DNA from: an uncultured Candidatus Rokubacteria bacterium | GTDB lineage: Bacteria; Methylomirabilota; Methylomirabilia; Rokubacteriales; CSP1-6 | Length of the DNA stretch: 64,000 nt | Direction of reading: 5' to 3' | Assembly (NCBI GenBank): GCA_963762145.1 | Contig: CAVXJS010000021.1 | Location: 448,001-512,000 of the forward strand | Part shown: in pieces, positions 9,303 to 18,696 of the stretch | How the letters are laid out: the number at the start of each line of letters is the position of its first letter | Numbering within the stretch: the stretch's first letter is position 1 | Position numbers and translations under genes: made by a program | The notes under the pieces: generated by a model | Seen by the model: only the letters and a program-made list of their open reading frames with translations | Told to the model about the DNA's origin: nothing | Databases searched by the model: none

Positions 9303-10193
9303 ATCCAGCGTAGCGCGGAGGGAGCCGGCGGCGTGCTTCAGGCGCTTGCGGGCTTCGGGGGCGTCGACGCGGAGGCGGGCCATGGCGATGGCGACCTTGG
9401 CGCTGGCGCCGGAGGCCTCGAGGAGGCGCTCGGCCTCGCGTGGCGTCACGCGGCCGAGCTGGCGCACGAGGCCGAGGGCGCGGGCGCGCAGCTTGGCGGA
9501 GCGGGGGCGCAGGTCCACCATGCGGTTGCCGTAGACCTTGCCGAGGCGCGCGAAGGACGCGGTGGTCAGCGTGTTGAGGGCGAGCTTGGTGGCGGTGCCG
9601 GCCTTGAGGCGCGTCGAGCCGGTCAGCACCTCGGGGCCGACCGCGAGCGCGATGACCACGCGGGCCGCGGAGGCCGGCACGTCGGGGTTGCAGGTGACGA
9701 GCGCGGTCGCCGCGCCGCGCCGGCGCGCCTCCTTCAACGCGGCGCGCACGAACGGCGTCACGCCGCTGGCCGCGATGCCCACCACCATGTCGCCCGGCCG
9801 CACGCGCCTGCGGATCTGGCGCGCGCCCTCGGGGCCGTTGTCCTCCGCGCCCTCCGACGAGCGGAACACGGTGCGCTTGCCGCCCGCGATCACCGCCTGC
9901 ACGAGCGAGGGCGGCGTGTCGAAGGTGGGCGGGCACTCCGCGGCCTCGAGCACGCCCAGGCGCCCGCTGGTGCCCGCGCCCACGAAGATGAGGCGCCCAC
10001 GACGCGACAGCGCGCGCACGATCAGATCCACCGCGCGCCCGAGGGCCGGCGCCGCGCGGCCCACCGCCTGCACCGCGCGGCGGTCGGCGCGGTTCATGAG
10101 CCGCGCGATCCCCGCCGCCGACAGCCGGTCGAGCTTGCCGGTACCCGGGTTGACGCGCTCGGTCGGCAGCCGGTCGTAGCGGATGCGGCTCAC
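9288..10193 (-). CDS. murQ: N-acetylmuramic acid 6-phosphate etherase
   Basis: GAGTSGRLGVLEAAECPPTF, EGAED, GPEVLTGSTRLKAGTATK and GKVYGNRMVD. Confidence 0.95.
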   Translation of the reverse strand: MSRIRYDRLPTERVNPGTGKLDRLSAAGIARLMNRADRRAVQAVGRAAPALGRAVDLIVRALSRRGRLIFVGAGTSGRLGVLEAAECPPTFDTPPSLVQAVIAGGKRTVFRSSEGAEDNGPEGARQIRRRVRPGDMVVGIAASGVTPFVRAALKEARRRGAATALVTCNPDVPASAARVVIALAVGPEVLTGSTRLKAGTATKLALNTLTTASFARLGKVYGNRMVDLRPRSAKLRARALGLVRQLGRVTPREAERLLEASGASAKVAIAMARLRVDAPEARKRLKHAAGSLRATLDGVRS

Positions 10194-10209
10194 GCGTCCA
10201 TCCTACGTG

Positions 10210-10737
10210 CTAGTGCCCCTCGAACCCGAGCCATGCCTCGATCTGCTCCACCAGCCGATCGCAGCGCTCGTCGAGCTGCGCGGCGGTCAGGTTGGCAATG
10301 GGATGCGGCATGTCGAGAAACGGGTAGCCCGGCTTGCCCCAGCTCTCGGCCATCGCCTTCCCGGTATTGCGGAACGGGGTGGTGACGATGGCGATGGCCG
10401 GCACCCCTTGCTCCTCCATCAGGATCGCGTCGAGCACACTGCTCGAGCTGCACGACCCTCAGTCGCCGATGCCGGAGATGACCAGGTCGCACTGCGCGCG
10501 GAGCGCCTTGACCGCGCCCTCATCGACCTCGTGACTGGCCGAGCGCTTGCGATTCCGGAACGTGACCGTCATCTGGTGGCGCCGGCCCAGCCGCTCGGCC
10601 AGCTTCTCGAGGATGGGGCTGGCGTTGAACTTGGTGTTCTCCACCAGGCCGAGGCGCAGGCCCCGGGGGCTCGCGGGCCGGGGCGCCAGCTTGATCGCGC
10701 GCTCCACCGGCTTCGAGGTCGGATCGAAGAGCTTCAT
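10210..10737 (-). CDS. UGSC-motif selenoprotein (Sec at the in-frame UGA 10459-10461), 175 aa
   Basis: A single frame reads MKLFDPTS...LVISGIGD-UGA-GSCSSSSVLDAILMEEQGVPAIAIVTTPF...HPIANL. The UxxC redox motif spans the UGA, and a SECIS-like hairpin follows. The ORF track splits it into 10459.. and 10210..10437. Confidence 0.88.
10422..10458 (-). promoter_or_regulatory. Bacterial SECIS element
   Basis: mRNA after UGA: GGGUCGUG-CAGC-UCGAGCA-GUG-UGCUCGA-CGCGAUCC. It forms a 7-bp upper stem with a GU-starting apical loop 20 nt after UGA, plus an 8-bp lower stem. Confidence 0.8.
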
Positions 10738-11780
10738 GCGGTGCCTCCTTGGTTCGGTATGTCGACGCGTGTCGTGATGCTGCGGGTCCACTTGGTCCCC
10801 CATCCCGGCAGGCACGCGGACCAGCTCCCCGCCCGGCCACCCGCGAACGCGATCAGGATGTCCTCGGGCCGCTCGAAGCGGTAGCGCCAGGTCGTCTCGT
10901 CCTCCGGGGTCACCGCGCCGGGCAGGCGCGCGCCCCGCTTGTAGTCGGCCACCGAGCGGCGCGTGCGCTCCATCAGGAAGCGCTGCACGTCGAGCCGGCT
11001 CCAGCCCGCCTTCTGCAGCACCTCCTGGTGCTCGCCCGCGAACACGATCAGCGTCTCGTTGAAGCCGAGCAGGTTCGACGTGCCCACGTTGCCGAGCGCG
11101 TCCGCGAAGCAGTACAGCAGCGGCTCCGGCTCCGCGGCCAGGTGGTTGTAGACCTGGTAGAGGCTGTTCGACGCGATCAGGGTCACCGCGCTGTCCCCGC
11201 GCCGCAGGCCGCGCGAGACGTGCAGGGGCTCCCACGGATGATCCTCCTCGTGCTCCGCGAAGCAGAAGGAGTACTTGCCGGGGTTGCCGAGGGTGGCGCG
11301 GTCGAGCAGGCCGGGCTTCGTGTTCATCACGTTCATCATGATGAGGCGCACCGCGCGGCCGATCGTCGCGTTGGGCCGGTGACCCTGGCCGAAGGCGTTG
11401 TTGCCGCTGTTGATCCCGAGCCGCGAGGCGATCGGCCCGTTGACGACCAGGGCCATCGCGGAGCCGCCGGTGCTGCTGGCCGGGCCGTGATAGGCGAAGG
11501 CGGGAGCGCAGAGGCTTCGCACCGCGGCCACCACCACCGGCATGTACTCGGGCCGGCAGCCCGCCATCACCGCGTTGATCGCGGCCTTCTCCGCGCTGAC
11601 CACCGCGTTGCGGCCGGTGATCGCGCCCAGCTCCTCGGAGCCGTCGAGCCCCGCCGCGGCCAGCATTGCCGCGATGGAGGCGTCCGACGGCGGCACCACC
11701 GGCAGGCCGTCGGTCCAGCCCGCCTCGTAGTACGCCTCGATCAGCGCGGCGGGATCCGCCGCCTCGTCGATGTCGCTCAT
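10734..11780 (-). CDS. Conserved hypothetical protein, usual partner of UGSC-family proteins
   Basis: WTDGLPVVPP, AINAVMAGCRPEY, NATIGRAVRL and GNPGKY..CFAE; stop overlaps the selenoprotein start (ATGA). Confidence 0.8.
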   Translation of the reverse strand: MSDIDEAADPAALIEAYYEAGWTDGLPVVPPSDASIAAMLAAAGLDGSEELGAITGRNAVVSAEKAAINAVMAGCRPEYMPVVVAAVRSLCAPAFAYHGPASSTGGSAMALVVNGPIASRLGINSGNNAFGQGHRPNATIGRAVRLIMMNVMNTKPGLLDRATLGNPGKYSFCFAEHEEDHPWEPLHVSRGLRRGDSAVTLIASNSLYQVYNHLAAEPEPLLYCFADALGNVGTSNLLGFNETLIVFAGEHQEVLQKAGWSRLDVQRFLMERTRRSVADYKRGARLPGAVTPEDETTWRYRFERPEDILIAFAGGRAGSWSACLPGWGTKWTRSITTRVDIPNQGGTA

Positions 11781-11812
11781 CGCGCGCGCCTCTCCGCTCC
11801 CCGCCTCACGGC

Positions 11813-11857
11813 CGCCCGCTTCTCGATCGCCCGCTTCTCGATCGCCCGCTTCTCAAT
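11813..11857. repeat. 15-bp tandem repeat x3 (CGCCCGCTTCTCGAT)
   Basis: Copies at 11813, 11828 and 11843 (last copy ...CAAT contains the IclR stop). Confidence 0.9.
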
Positions 11858-12638
11858 GATGGCCGAGCCGCTCCGAGATCTCGGCCGCCGCGCGCTTCAC
11901 CGCGTCCGCGAAGCGCCGGCGCCCGGCCTGGATCCGCGCGGACGGGCCGGTGACCGCGCACGCCGCGACCAGGCGGCCGTCGCGCCCGTAGACCGGCGCG
12001 GCCGCGCCCCCGGCGCCGATCACGAACTCGTCCACCGTCACCGCCACGCCCGCGGAGTGGATGGCGTCGAGGCGCCGGCGGAGCAGGTCGCGGCTCGTGG
12101 TGGTCCGCCGCGTGTACCGCGTGAGCGGGAGCGTGCGCACGAGGTGCTCGCGCGGCGCGGGGTCCAGGAACGCGAAGAGCCCGAAGCCGGTGGCGGTGCA
12201 GTAGAGCGGGCGCCGCTCGCCCAGCTCCGCGCTGTAGCGGATGCGCTGCGGGCTCTCCACCTTGTCCACGTAGACGAGGTCCGCGTGGCCCGGCGGCAGC
12301 ACCGCCACGAAGGTCGTCTCCCCGGTCTCGCGGGTGAGCGCCTGCAGGACCGGGTGCGCGGCCTCGACCAGGTCCGGGGCGACCGCACCCTTGTCGGCGG
12401 CCTCGAGCCAGCGCGGGCCGATCCCGTAGCGGCCGGCGTCGCCCCGCGCCGCGTAACCGCGGCTCACCAGCGTGCGCAGCAGCGGGAGCAGGCTGGTCTT
12501 GGGCGCCTCGAGCGTCACGCTCAGCTCGGTGAGGCTCGCCCCCGCGGGCCGGGTCGAGAGCGTCTCCAGGATGTCGAGCACGCGCGCCACCGCCCGGTGA
12601 CCGCCATCCAGCGAAGCCGCCGCGCCCCTTGACACCAT
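11853..12638 (-). CDS. IclR family transcriptional regulator
   Basis: RAVARVLDILE HTH, TGETTF, GERRPLYCTATG and AAPVYG...VTGPSAR; start uncertain (12638 or 12656). Confidence 0.9.
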   Translation of the reverse strand: MVSRGAAASLDGGHRAVARVLDILETLSTRPAGASLTELSVTLEAPKTSLLPLLRTLVSRGYAARGDAGRYGIGPRWLEAADKGAVAPDLVEAAHPVLQALTRETGETTFVAVLPPGHADLVYVDKVESPQRIRYSAELGERRPLYCTATGFGLFAFLDPAPREHLVRTLPLTRYTRRTTTSRDLLRRRLDAIHSAGVAVTVDEFVIGAGGAAAPVYGRDGRLVAACAVTGPSARIQAGRRRFADAVKRAAAEISERLGHH

Positions 12639-12654
12639 CGCCAAAGACCGTAGC

Positions 12655-13896
12655 ATGGCTGTTCGTGGCTACGCAATCGGTTCCGGATCCGGAACAACCG
12701 TCCCCGGGCCCCTCGGCCCGCTGGCCGGCCTGCGGGTGCTGGACTGCTCCTCGCTGATCGCGGGCCCCACCGCCGCGATGTACCTGGGCGACTACGGCGC
12801 CGACGTCGTCAAGATCGAGCACCCGCAGGGCGACGGGCTGCGCGTCTGGGGCGCGGTGAAGGACGGCGCCGGCCTCTACTTCAAGATGCTCAACCGGAAC
12901 AAGCGTGCGATCACCGCCGACCTGCACACCCCGCTCGGCGTCGAGATCGTGCGCCGGCTGGCCGCGCGCGCCGACGCGATGATCGAGAACTTCCGGCCCG
13001 GCACGCTCGAGAAGTGGGGCCTGGGCTACGACGCGCTCGCGGCCCGGAAACCCGGGGCTCGTCCTGACGCGGGTGACCGGCTTCGGCCAGACCGGGCCGG
13101 AGCGCGATCGGCCCGGCTTCGGCACCACCGCGGAGGCGGCCACCGGCTTCGTGGCCATCAACGGCGAGGCCGACGGCCCGCCGCTCCTGCCGAGCTTCGG
13201 CGCTGGCGGACTCGGCGGCCGGGCTCGCCGGCGCCTTCCTGACCCTGGCCGCGCTCCAGGGCGCGCGCAGCGCGGCGGCCGCGGCCAGGTCGTGGACCTC
13301 GCCATCTACGAGCCCCTCCTCACGCTGATGGGCCCGCAGCTGATCGAGTTCGACCAGCTCGGCCTCGTGCAGCGGCGCACCGGCAGCCGCACCCCGCTGA
13401 TCGCCCCGCGCAACACGTTCCGGACGCGCGACGGCAAGTGGATCGCGCTCTCGGGCGCGTCGCCGTCGGTGTTCGAGCGGCTCTGCCGAGTCTCGGCGTG
13501 CCGGAGCTGCCCGCCGACCCGCGCTTCCGCGACAACCAGGCGCGCCTGGCCAACGTGGAGGCGCTCGATGCCGCGCTCGGAGCCGCCATCGCGCGCTTCG
13601 ACCAGGCCGACCTGCTCGCGCGCCTCGACGCGGCCCAGGCGGTGGCTGCGCCGGTGCGGGGCGCCGACGAGGTGCTGGCCGACCCGCACTACCAGGCGCG
13701 CGGCTCCATCGCCACCGTGCCGGATGCCGAGCTGGGGCCGCTGCGGATGCAGAACGTGATCGGGCGCCTGTCGGAGACGCCGGGCCGGATCGGCCATGCG
13801 GGCCCGCGCCTGGGCGAGCACAACCGCGCGGTGCTGGTGGACGAGCTGGGATTCAGCCCGGCGGAGCTGCGGGCAGGCGGCATCGCCCTGCCCTGA
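12655..13896 (+). CDS. CaiB/BaiF class III CoA-transferase (several frameshifts)
   Basis: LAGLRVLD, GADVVKIE, NRNKRAIT, ENFRPG and GPRLGEHN across several frames. Confidence 0.9.
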
Positions 13897-13942
13897 CAGC
13901 TCCCCGATTCAGCCGCGACGGAGGATCAGCCGCGAGAGACGA

Positions 13943-14704
13943 TCAGCCGCGCCCGACGAAGGGCATCTTCGTCGCCATCACGGTGAGGAACAGCACGTTG
14001 GCGTCGAGCGGCAGGCTCGCCATGTACACCACCGCGTCGCGCCACCGCCTTGACGTCCATGGTCGGCTCGACTGCGATGGTGCCGTTGGCCTGCGAGCAC
14101 GCCCTTGGCCATGCGCGCGGTCATCTCGGTGGCCGCGTTGCCGATGTCGATCTGCCCGCACGCGATGTCGTACTTGCGGCCGTCGAGCGCGGTGGCCTTG
14201 GTGAGGCCGGTGACCGCGTGCTTGGTCGCGGTGTAGGGCGACGGAGTTCGGCCGCGGCGTGTGCGCCGAGATCGAGCCGTTGTTGATGATGCGCCCGCCC
14301 CGCGGGGTCTGGGCCTTCATGATCCTGAACGCTTCCTGCGTGCACAGGAAGACGCCGGTCAGGTTGACGTCGACGACCGTCTGTCCACTGCTCGTAGGTG
14401 AGGTCCTCGAGCGGCACCGGCGGCGCGCCCGCGCCCGCGTTGTTGAAGAGCACGTCGAGCCGGCCGAACGTCTCCTTCGTCTTCGCGAAGAGCGCCTTGA
14501 CCGACGCGGGATCGCTCACGTCGGTCGGCACCACCAGCGACTGCCGGCGTGCCCTTGCCCTCCGGCGGCGGCCGACTCCAGCACGTCCTTGCGCCGGCCC
14601 GCGAGGACGACCGCGTAGCCCTCCTTCATGAGGGCCAGCGCGCTGGCCCTGCCGATACCACTGCCCGCTCCCGTGACGATCGCGACCTTCTGCGTTGAAG
14701 TCAT
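13943..14704 (-). CDS. SDR family oxidoreductase (multiple frameshifts)
   Basis: [26 protein letters not shown] and C-terminus [11 protein letters not shown]. Confidence 0.85.
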
Positions 14705-14796
14705 AGTCGGCCTCCCGGGGCCGAACGTTAGCCCGGGCCGCGCCGTCAGTCAATGCGGCTATTTGCGGTGACGGCTTTGCTAGTATGAGCGAGGGC

Positions 14797-16362
14797 ATGG
14801 CCACGCTGACCGACCACATCACCTATGCGGACGCCCAGCGGCTCTGCTCGCCCGCCCGGCTCTGGGAGCTCTTCGACGGCGACCGGCAGCGCATGAACAT
14901 CGCGCACGAGTGCATCGACCGGCATCCGGCGGATCGGGTCGCGGTGCGCCTCGTCCACTCGCGCGAGCCGGCGGCCACGACGAGGCCTTCACCTTCGGCC
15001 GGCTCGCCGCCGCGTCGGCCCGCTTCGCCCACTACCTGCCGATCGGCGGCGTCGAGCCGGGCGACCGCGTCGGCCATCATGCTGGAGCCGTCGCTCGCCT
15101 TCTACGCCGGCGCTGTTCGGCGCGATGAAGCGCGGGGCCATCGCGGTGCCGCTCTTCACGCTCTTCGGCCCCGACGGGCTGCGCCTGCGCATCGACGACT
15201 GCGCGCCGCGGCTGCTGCTGTGTCCCCGCGCAGGCCGGCATCGCGCGACGGCCCGGGCTCGCCACCGTCGTCGCCGACGACCTGTTCCTCGCCGCGCTCG
15301 CGCAGTACCCCGACGCTACGCGCCGACACGCGCGGCCGACGATCTCGCGGTATTCCAGTACACCTCGGGCACGACCCGGGAGCTGCCGGCCGCGGTGCAG
15401 CCACAGCCACCGCTCGCATCGTCACGCTCATGGTCGCCGCGCTCTACGGCACCGGGATCCGCCCGGGCGATCGAGTTCTTCTGCCCCTCGTCGCCCGCGT
15501 GGGGTCACGGTCTCTGGCACGGCACGCTCGGGCCGCTCGCGCTGGGCGTCACCACCGGCGCCTTCGCGGGCAAGTTCGACGCCGACCGCCTGCTGCGCGC
15601 GCTCGCCGACCACGCGATCACCAATCTCTCGGCCGCCGCGACGCACTACCGCATGATGAAGAGCGCGGGCACCGCCGACCGCTACCGCTACGCGATCCGC
15701 AAGCTCTCGTTCACCGGCGAGCCCATCGACGAGGCCACCCGCGTCTTCGTGGAGGCCACCTTCGGCACGCCGGTGTGCAGCATGTACGGCACCACCGAGG
15801 TCGGCGTGATCCTCGCGTCAACTATCCGGGCGCGCCGGACTTCGCGGTGAAGCCGGGCTCGCTCGGCAAGCCGGTGCCCGGCGTGGAGGTGGAGGTGCAG
15901 CGGCCGGACGGCACGCGCTGCGGCCCCGACGAGGCGGGCGAGATCCTGGTCAAGCGCCGCGACGGCTGGTTCCCGACGAAGGACCGCGGCTGGACCGACG
16001 CGGACGGCTACTTCTTCCACGGCGGACGCGCCGACGACGTCATCATCTCGGCCGGCTGGACGATCAGCGCGGTGGAGGTCGAGGGCGCGCTGCTCAAGCA
16101 CGCCGACGTCCGCGAAGCGGCGGTGATCGGAGTGCCCGATCCCCTGCGCGGCCTCGTGGTCAAGGCCTTCATCGTGAGCCCGCGGCCCGGCGACGACGCC
16201 TTCGCGCGCGAGCTCCAGGAATGGACGCGCACCCGGCTCGCCCAGCACGAGTACCCGCGCCGGGTCGAGTTCGTGGCCGAGCTGCCCAAGACGCCCGCCG
16301 GCAAGGTGAATCGCAAGGTGCTCCGCGAGCGCGAGGCCGGCGCCTCCGTTCCCACGTCCTAG
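14797..16362 (+). CDS. AMP-binding acyl-CoA synthetase (many frameshifts)
   Basis: [29 protein letters not shown] and LPKTPAGKV; SD GAGGG before ATG 14797 (alternative start 14785). Confidence 0.85.
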   Translation: MATLTDHITYADAQRLCSPARLWELFDGDRQRMNIAHECIDRHPADRVAVRLVHSREPAATTRPSPSAGSPPRRPASPTTCRSAASSRATASAIMLEPSLAFYAGAVRRDEARGHRGAALHALRPRRAAPAHRRLRAAAAAVSPRRPASRDGPGSPPSSPTTCSSPRSRSTPTLRADTRGRRSRGIPVHLGHDPGAAGRGAATATARIVTLMVAALYGTGIRPGDRVLLPLVARVGSRSLARHARAARAGRHHRRLRGQVRRRPPAARARRPRDHQSLGRRDALPHDEERGHRRPLPLRDPQALVHRRAHRRGHPRLRGGHLRHAGVQHVRHHRGRRDPRVNYPGAPDFAVKPGSLGKPVPGVEVEVQRPDGTRCGPDEAGEILVKRRDGWFPTKDRGWTDADGYFFHGGRADDVIISAGWTISAVEVEGALLKHADVREAAVIGVPDPLRGLVVKAFIVSPRPGDDAFARELQEWTRTRLAQHEYPRRVEFVAELPKTPAGKVNRKVLREREAGASVPTS

Positions 16363-16374
16363 GAGGGCGAGTAC

Positions 16375-17514
16375 ATGGCGGCCCCAACCCAGCAGCTCTT
16401 TCCCAAGATCACCCAGCAGGGCCTCGACGACCTGCGCCGCCGCATCGGGGTGCCCATCACGGACACGCTCGAGCCGTGGTGCCACGAGGCCACCCGCGAC
16501 AACATCCGCCACTACGCCCACGGCATCGGTGACGACAACCCGCTCTGGTGCGACCCGGCCTACGCGGCGCGCACGCGCCACCGCGGGATCATCGCGCTGC
16601 CGAGCTTCCTCTTCGCGACGAGCCGCATCATCTCGGGCTACGTGGGCGGGCTCTCGGGCGTGCACGCGATGTGGGCGGGCGCGGACTGGACCTGGCACCA
16701 GCCGGCGCGGCGCAACGACGAGATCTCGACCGAGGCGTGGCTCAAGGACCTGATCGAGCACCAGACGCGCTTCGCGGGCCGGTCGGTGCAGCAGATCTAC
16801 CACGTGAAGTTCCGCAACCAGAAGGGCGAGCTGCTCGCCGAGGCGGACAGCTGGTGCTTCCGCACCGAGCGCGATCACGCGCGCGAGCAGGGCTCCAAGT
16901 ACGCGGAGGTGAAGAGCCGCCCGCTCCGCCGCTACACCGACGAGGAGCTCGCCGAGGTGTATCGCCTCTACGCGGCCGAGGACGTGCGCGGCGCCACCCC
17001 GCGCTACTGGCACGACGTGACCGTCGGCGAGGCGCTGCCGAGGATGGCGAAGGGGCCGATGACGGTGACCGGCTTCATCGCCTACGCGCAGGGCTGGGGC
17101 GGTCTCTACATCCGCGCCAACAAGCTCAACTGGAGGCAGATCACCAAGCACTCCGGGCTCGGCATCAAGAACCGCTTCGGCATCCCGGACTGCCCGGAGC
17201 GCGTGCACTGGGAGCACGAGTTCGCCACCGCGGTGGGCGCGCCCGGCGCCTACGACTACGGCCCGGAGCGCTGCTCCTGGCTGACCCATCACCTGACCAA
17301 CTGGATGGGCGACGACGGCTTCCTCCGTCGCGCGCACTGCAAGATCCGCCGCCACAATCCGGAGGGCGACTACCTGATCATCGAGGGCCGCGTCACCGGC
17401 AAGCGCGTGGAGGACGGCCGGCACCTGGTGGACATCGAGCAGGAAGCGCGCAACCAGGACGGCGAGCTCTCGGTGGTGGGCGGCGGCGTGGTCGAGCTGC
17501 CCGCGCGCGCATGA
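16375..17514 (+). CDS. Double hot-dog MaoC-like acyl dehydratase
   Basis: IRHYAHGIGDDNPLW and a second hot-dog domain (GAYDYGPER...WMGDDGFL); SD GGAGG. Confidence 0.8.
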   Translation: MAAPTQQLFPKITQQGLDDLRRRIGVPITDTLEPWCHEATRDNIRHYAHGIGDDNPLWCDPAYAARTRHRGIIALPSFLFATSRIISGYVGGLSGVHAMWAGADWTWHQPARRNDEISTEAWLKDLIEHQTRFAGRSVQQIYHVKFRNQKGELLAEADSWCFRTERDHAREQGSKYAEVKSRPLRRYTDEELAEVYRLYAAEDVRGATPRYWHDVTVGEALPRMAKGPMTVTGFIAYAQGWGGLYIRANKLNWRQITKHSGLGIKNRFGIPDCPERVHWEHEFATAVGAPGAYDYGPERCSWLTHHLTNWMGDDGFLRRAHCKIRRHNPEGDYLIIEGRVTGKRVEDGRHLVDIEQEARNQDGELSVVGGGVVELPARA

Positions 17515-18686
17515 TGGGCGTCCGCCCCGGCCTCGAGGTGCTGGCCGGGCGCCTGGGCTCCCTGCTCGCGGGCCGGCGGGTGGGTCTGCTCGCCCACCCC
17601 GCGTCGGTGGCGCGCGATCTCACCCACGCCGCCGACGTGATCCGGAAGATGCGGCGGGTGCGTCTGACCGCGCTATTCGGGCCGGAGCACGGCCTCGGCG
17701 GCGTCGTGCAGGACCATGTCCACGTCGGTACCGAGTACGACCGCACGCGCCGGGTTCCGGTGCACAGCCTCTACGGCGGCAAGCGGCTCGAGCCGACTCC
17801 CGCCATGCTGCGCGGAATCGACGTCCTCGTGGTGGATCTTCAGGACGTGGGCGCGCGCTACTACACGTACACGTGGACCACCGTGCTGGCCATGCGCGTG
17901 TGCGCGCGGGAGGGCAAGCCGGTGATCGTGCTCGACCGGCCGAACCCCCTGGGCGGCGAGCGGCTCGAGGGCAACGACGCCGACCCCAAGTTCGCGTCGT
18001 TCGTCGGCCTCTACCCGCTGCCGATCCGCCACGGCATGACCATCGCGGAGCTCGCCGCCTACCACAACGAGACGCAGGGCTTCGGCTGCGACCTCACGGT
18101 GGTGCCGATGGCGGGCTGGCGCCGCGAGATGCTGTGGGAGGACACCGAGCTGCCGTGGGTCGCGCCGTCGCCCAACATGCCGACGCCGGACACCGCGCGC
18201 GTCTACCCCGGCGGCTGCCTGCTCGAGGGCACCAACCTCTCCGAGGCGCGCGGCACCACCCGGCCCTTCGAGTGGGTAGGTGCGCCGTACCTGGACGGCC
18301 CGAAGCTGGCCGCCGCGCTCGAGCGTCGCGGCCTGCCCGGGGTGCGCTTCCGCCCGATCACCTTCGAGCCGATGTTCCAGAAGTGGGCGCGACGCGCCTG
18401 CCATGGCGTGCAGGTGCACGTGACCGACTGGGATCGCTTTCGCTCCTACGCGGCCTACGTGGCCCTCATCGCGGAGGCGCGCCGGCAGGCCCCGCGCGGC
18501 TTCCGCTGGAAGCGTCCGCCCTACGAGTACCAGTGGAACAAGCAGCCCATCGATCTCATCGCCGGCACCGACCGGATCCGCCGGGCCATCGAGGCGGGCA
18601 CGTCGCTGGCACGGATGGAGGCCTCCTGGCGCGGAGAGCTGGCCGCCTTCGCGCGGGCGCGCCGGCCGTACCTGCTCTACAGATGA
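17511..18686 (+). CDS. namZ: Exo-beta-N-acetylmuramidase NamZ family (DUF1343)
   Basis: FGPEHG, DLQDVGARYYTY, DRPNPLGG, RHGMT, PSPNMP and SEARGTTRPFE. Confidence 0.9.
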   Translation: MMGVRPGLEVLAGRLGSLLAGRRVGLLAHPASVARDLTHAADVIRKMRRVRLTALFGPEHGLGGVVQDHVHVGTEYDRTRRVPVHSLYGGKRLEPTPAMLRGIDVLVVDLQDVGARYYTYTWTTVLAMRVCAREGKPVIVLDRPNPLGGERLEGNDADPKFASFVGLYPLPIRHGMTIAELAAYHNETQGFGCDLTVVPMAGWRREMLWEDTELPWVAPSPNMPTPDTARVYPGGCLLEGTNLSEARGTTRPFEWVGAPYLDGPKLAAALERRGLPGVRFRPITFEPMFQKWARRACHGVQVHVTDWDRFRSYAAYVALIAEARRQAPRGFRWKRPPYEYQWNKQPIDLIAGTDRIRRAIEAGTSLARMEASWRGELAAFARARRPYLLYR

Positions 18687-18696
18687 CCGGGCCTGG

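Noticed and set aside
10210-10437. 75-aa ORF as an independent gene
   Set aside because: It is the C-terminal half of the UGA read-through selenoprotein; its GTG lies in the SECIS loop.
12655-16362. Dense frameshifts in the CoA-transferase, SDR and acyl-CoA ligase (also single ones in ACAD, alkA, MFS, SSS, citrate synthase and prpF) read as pseudogenes or programmed frameshifting
   Set aside because: Catalytic motifs and codon bias are intact, the lesions look like small indels in unrelated genes, and no shared slippery motif was seen. Long-read consensus error is the simplest explanation; read-level checking is needed.
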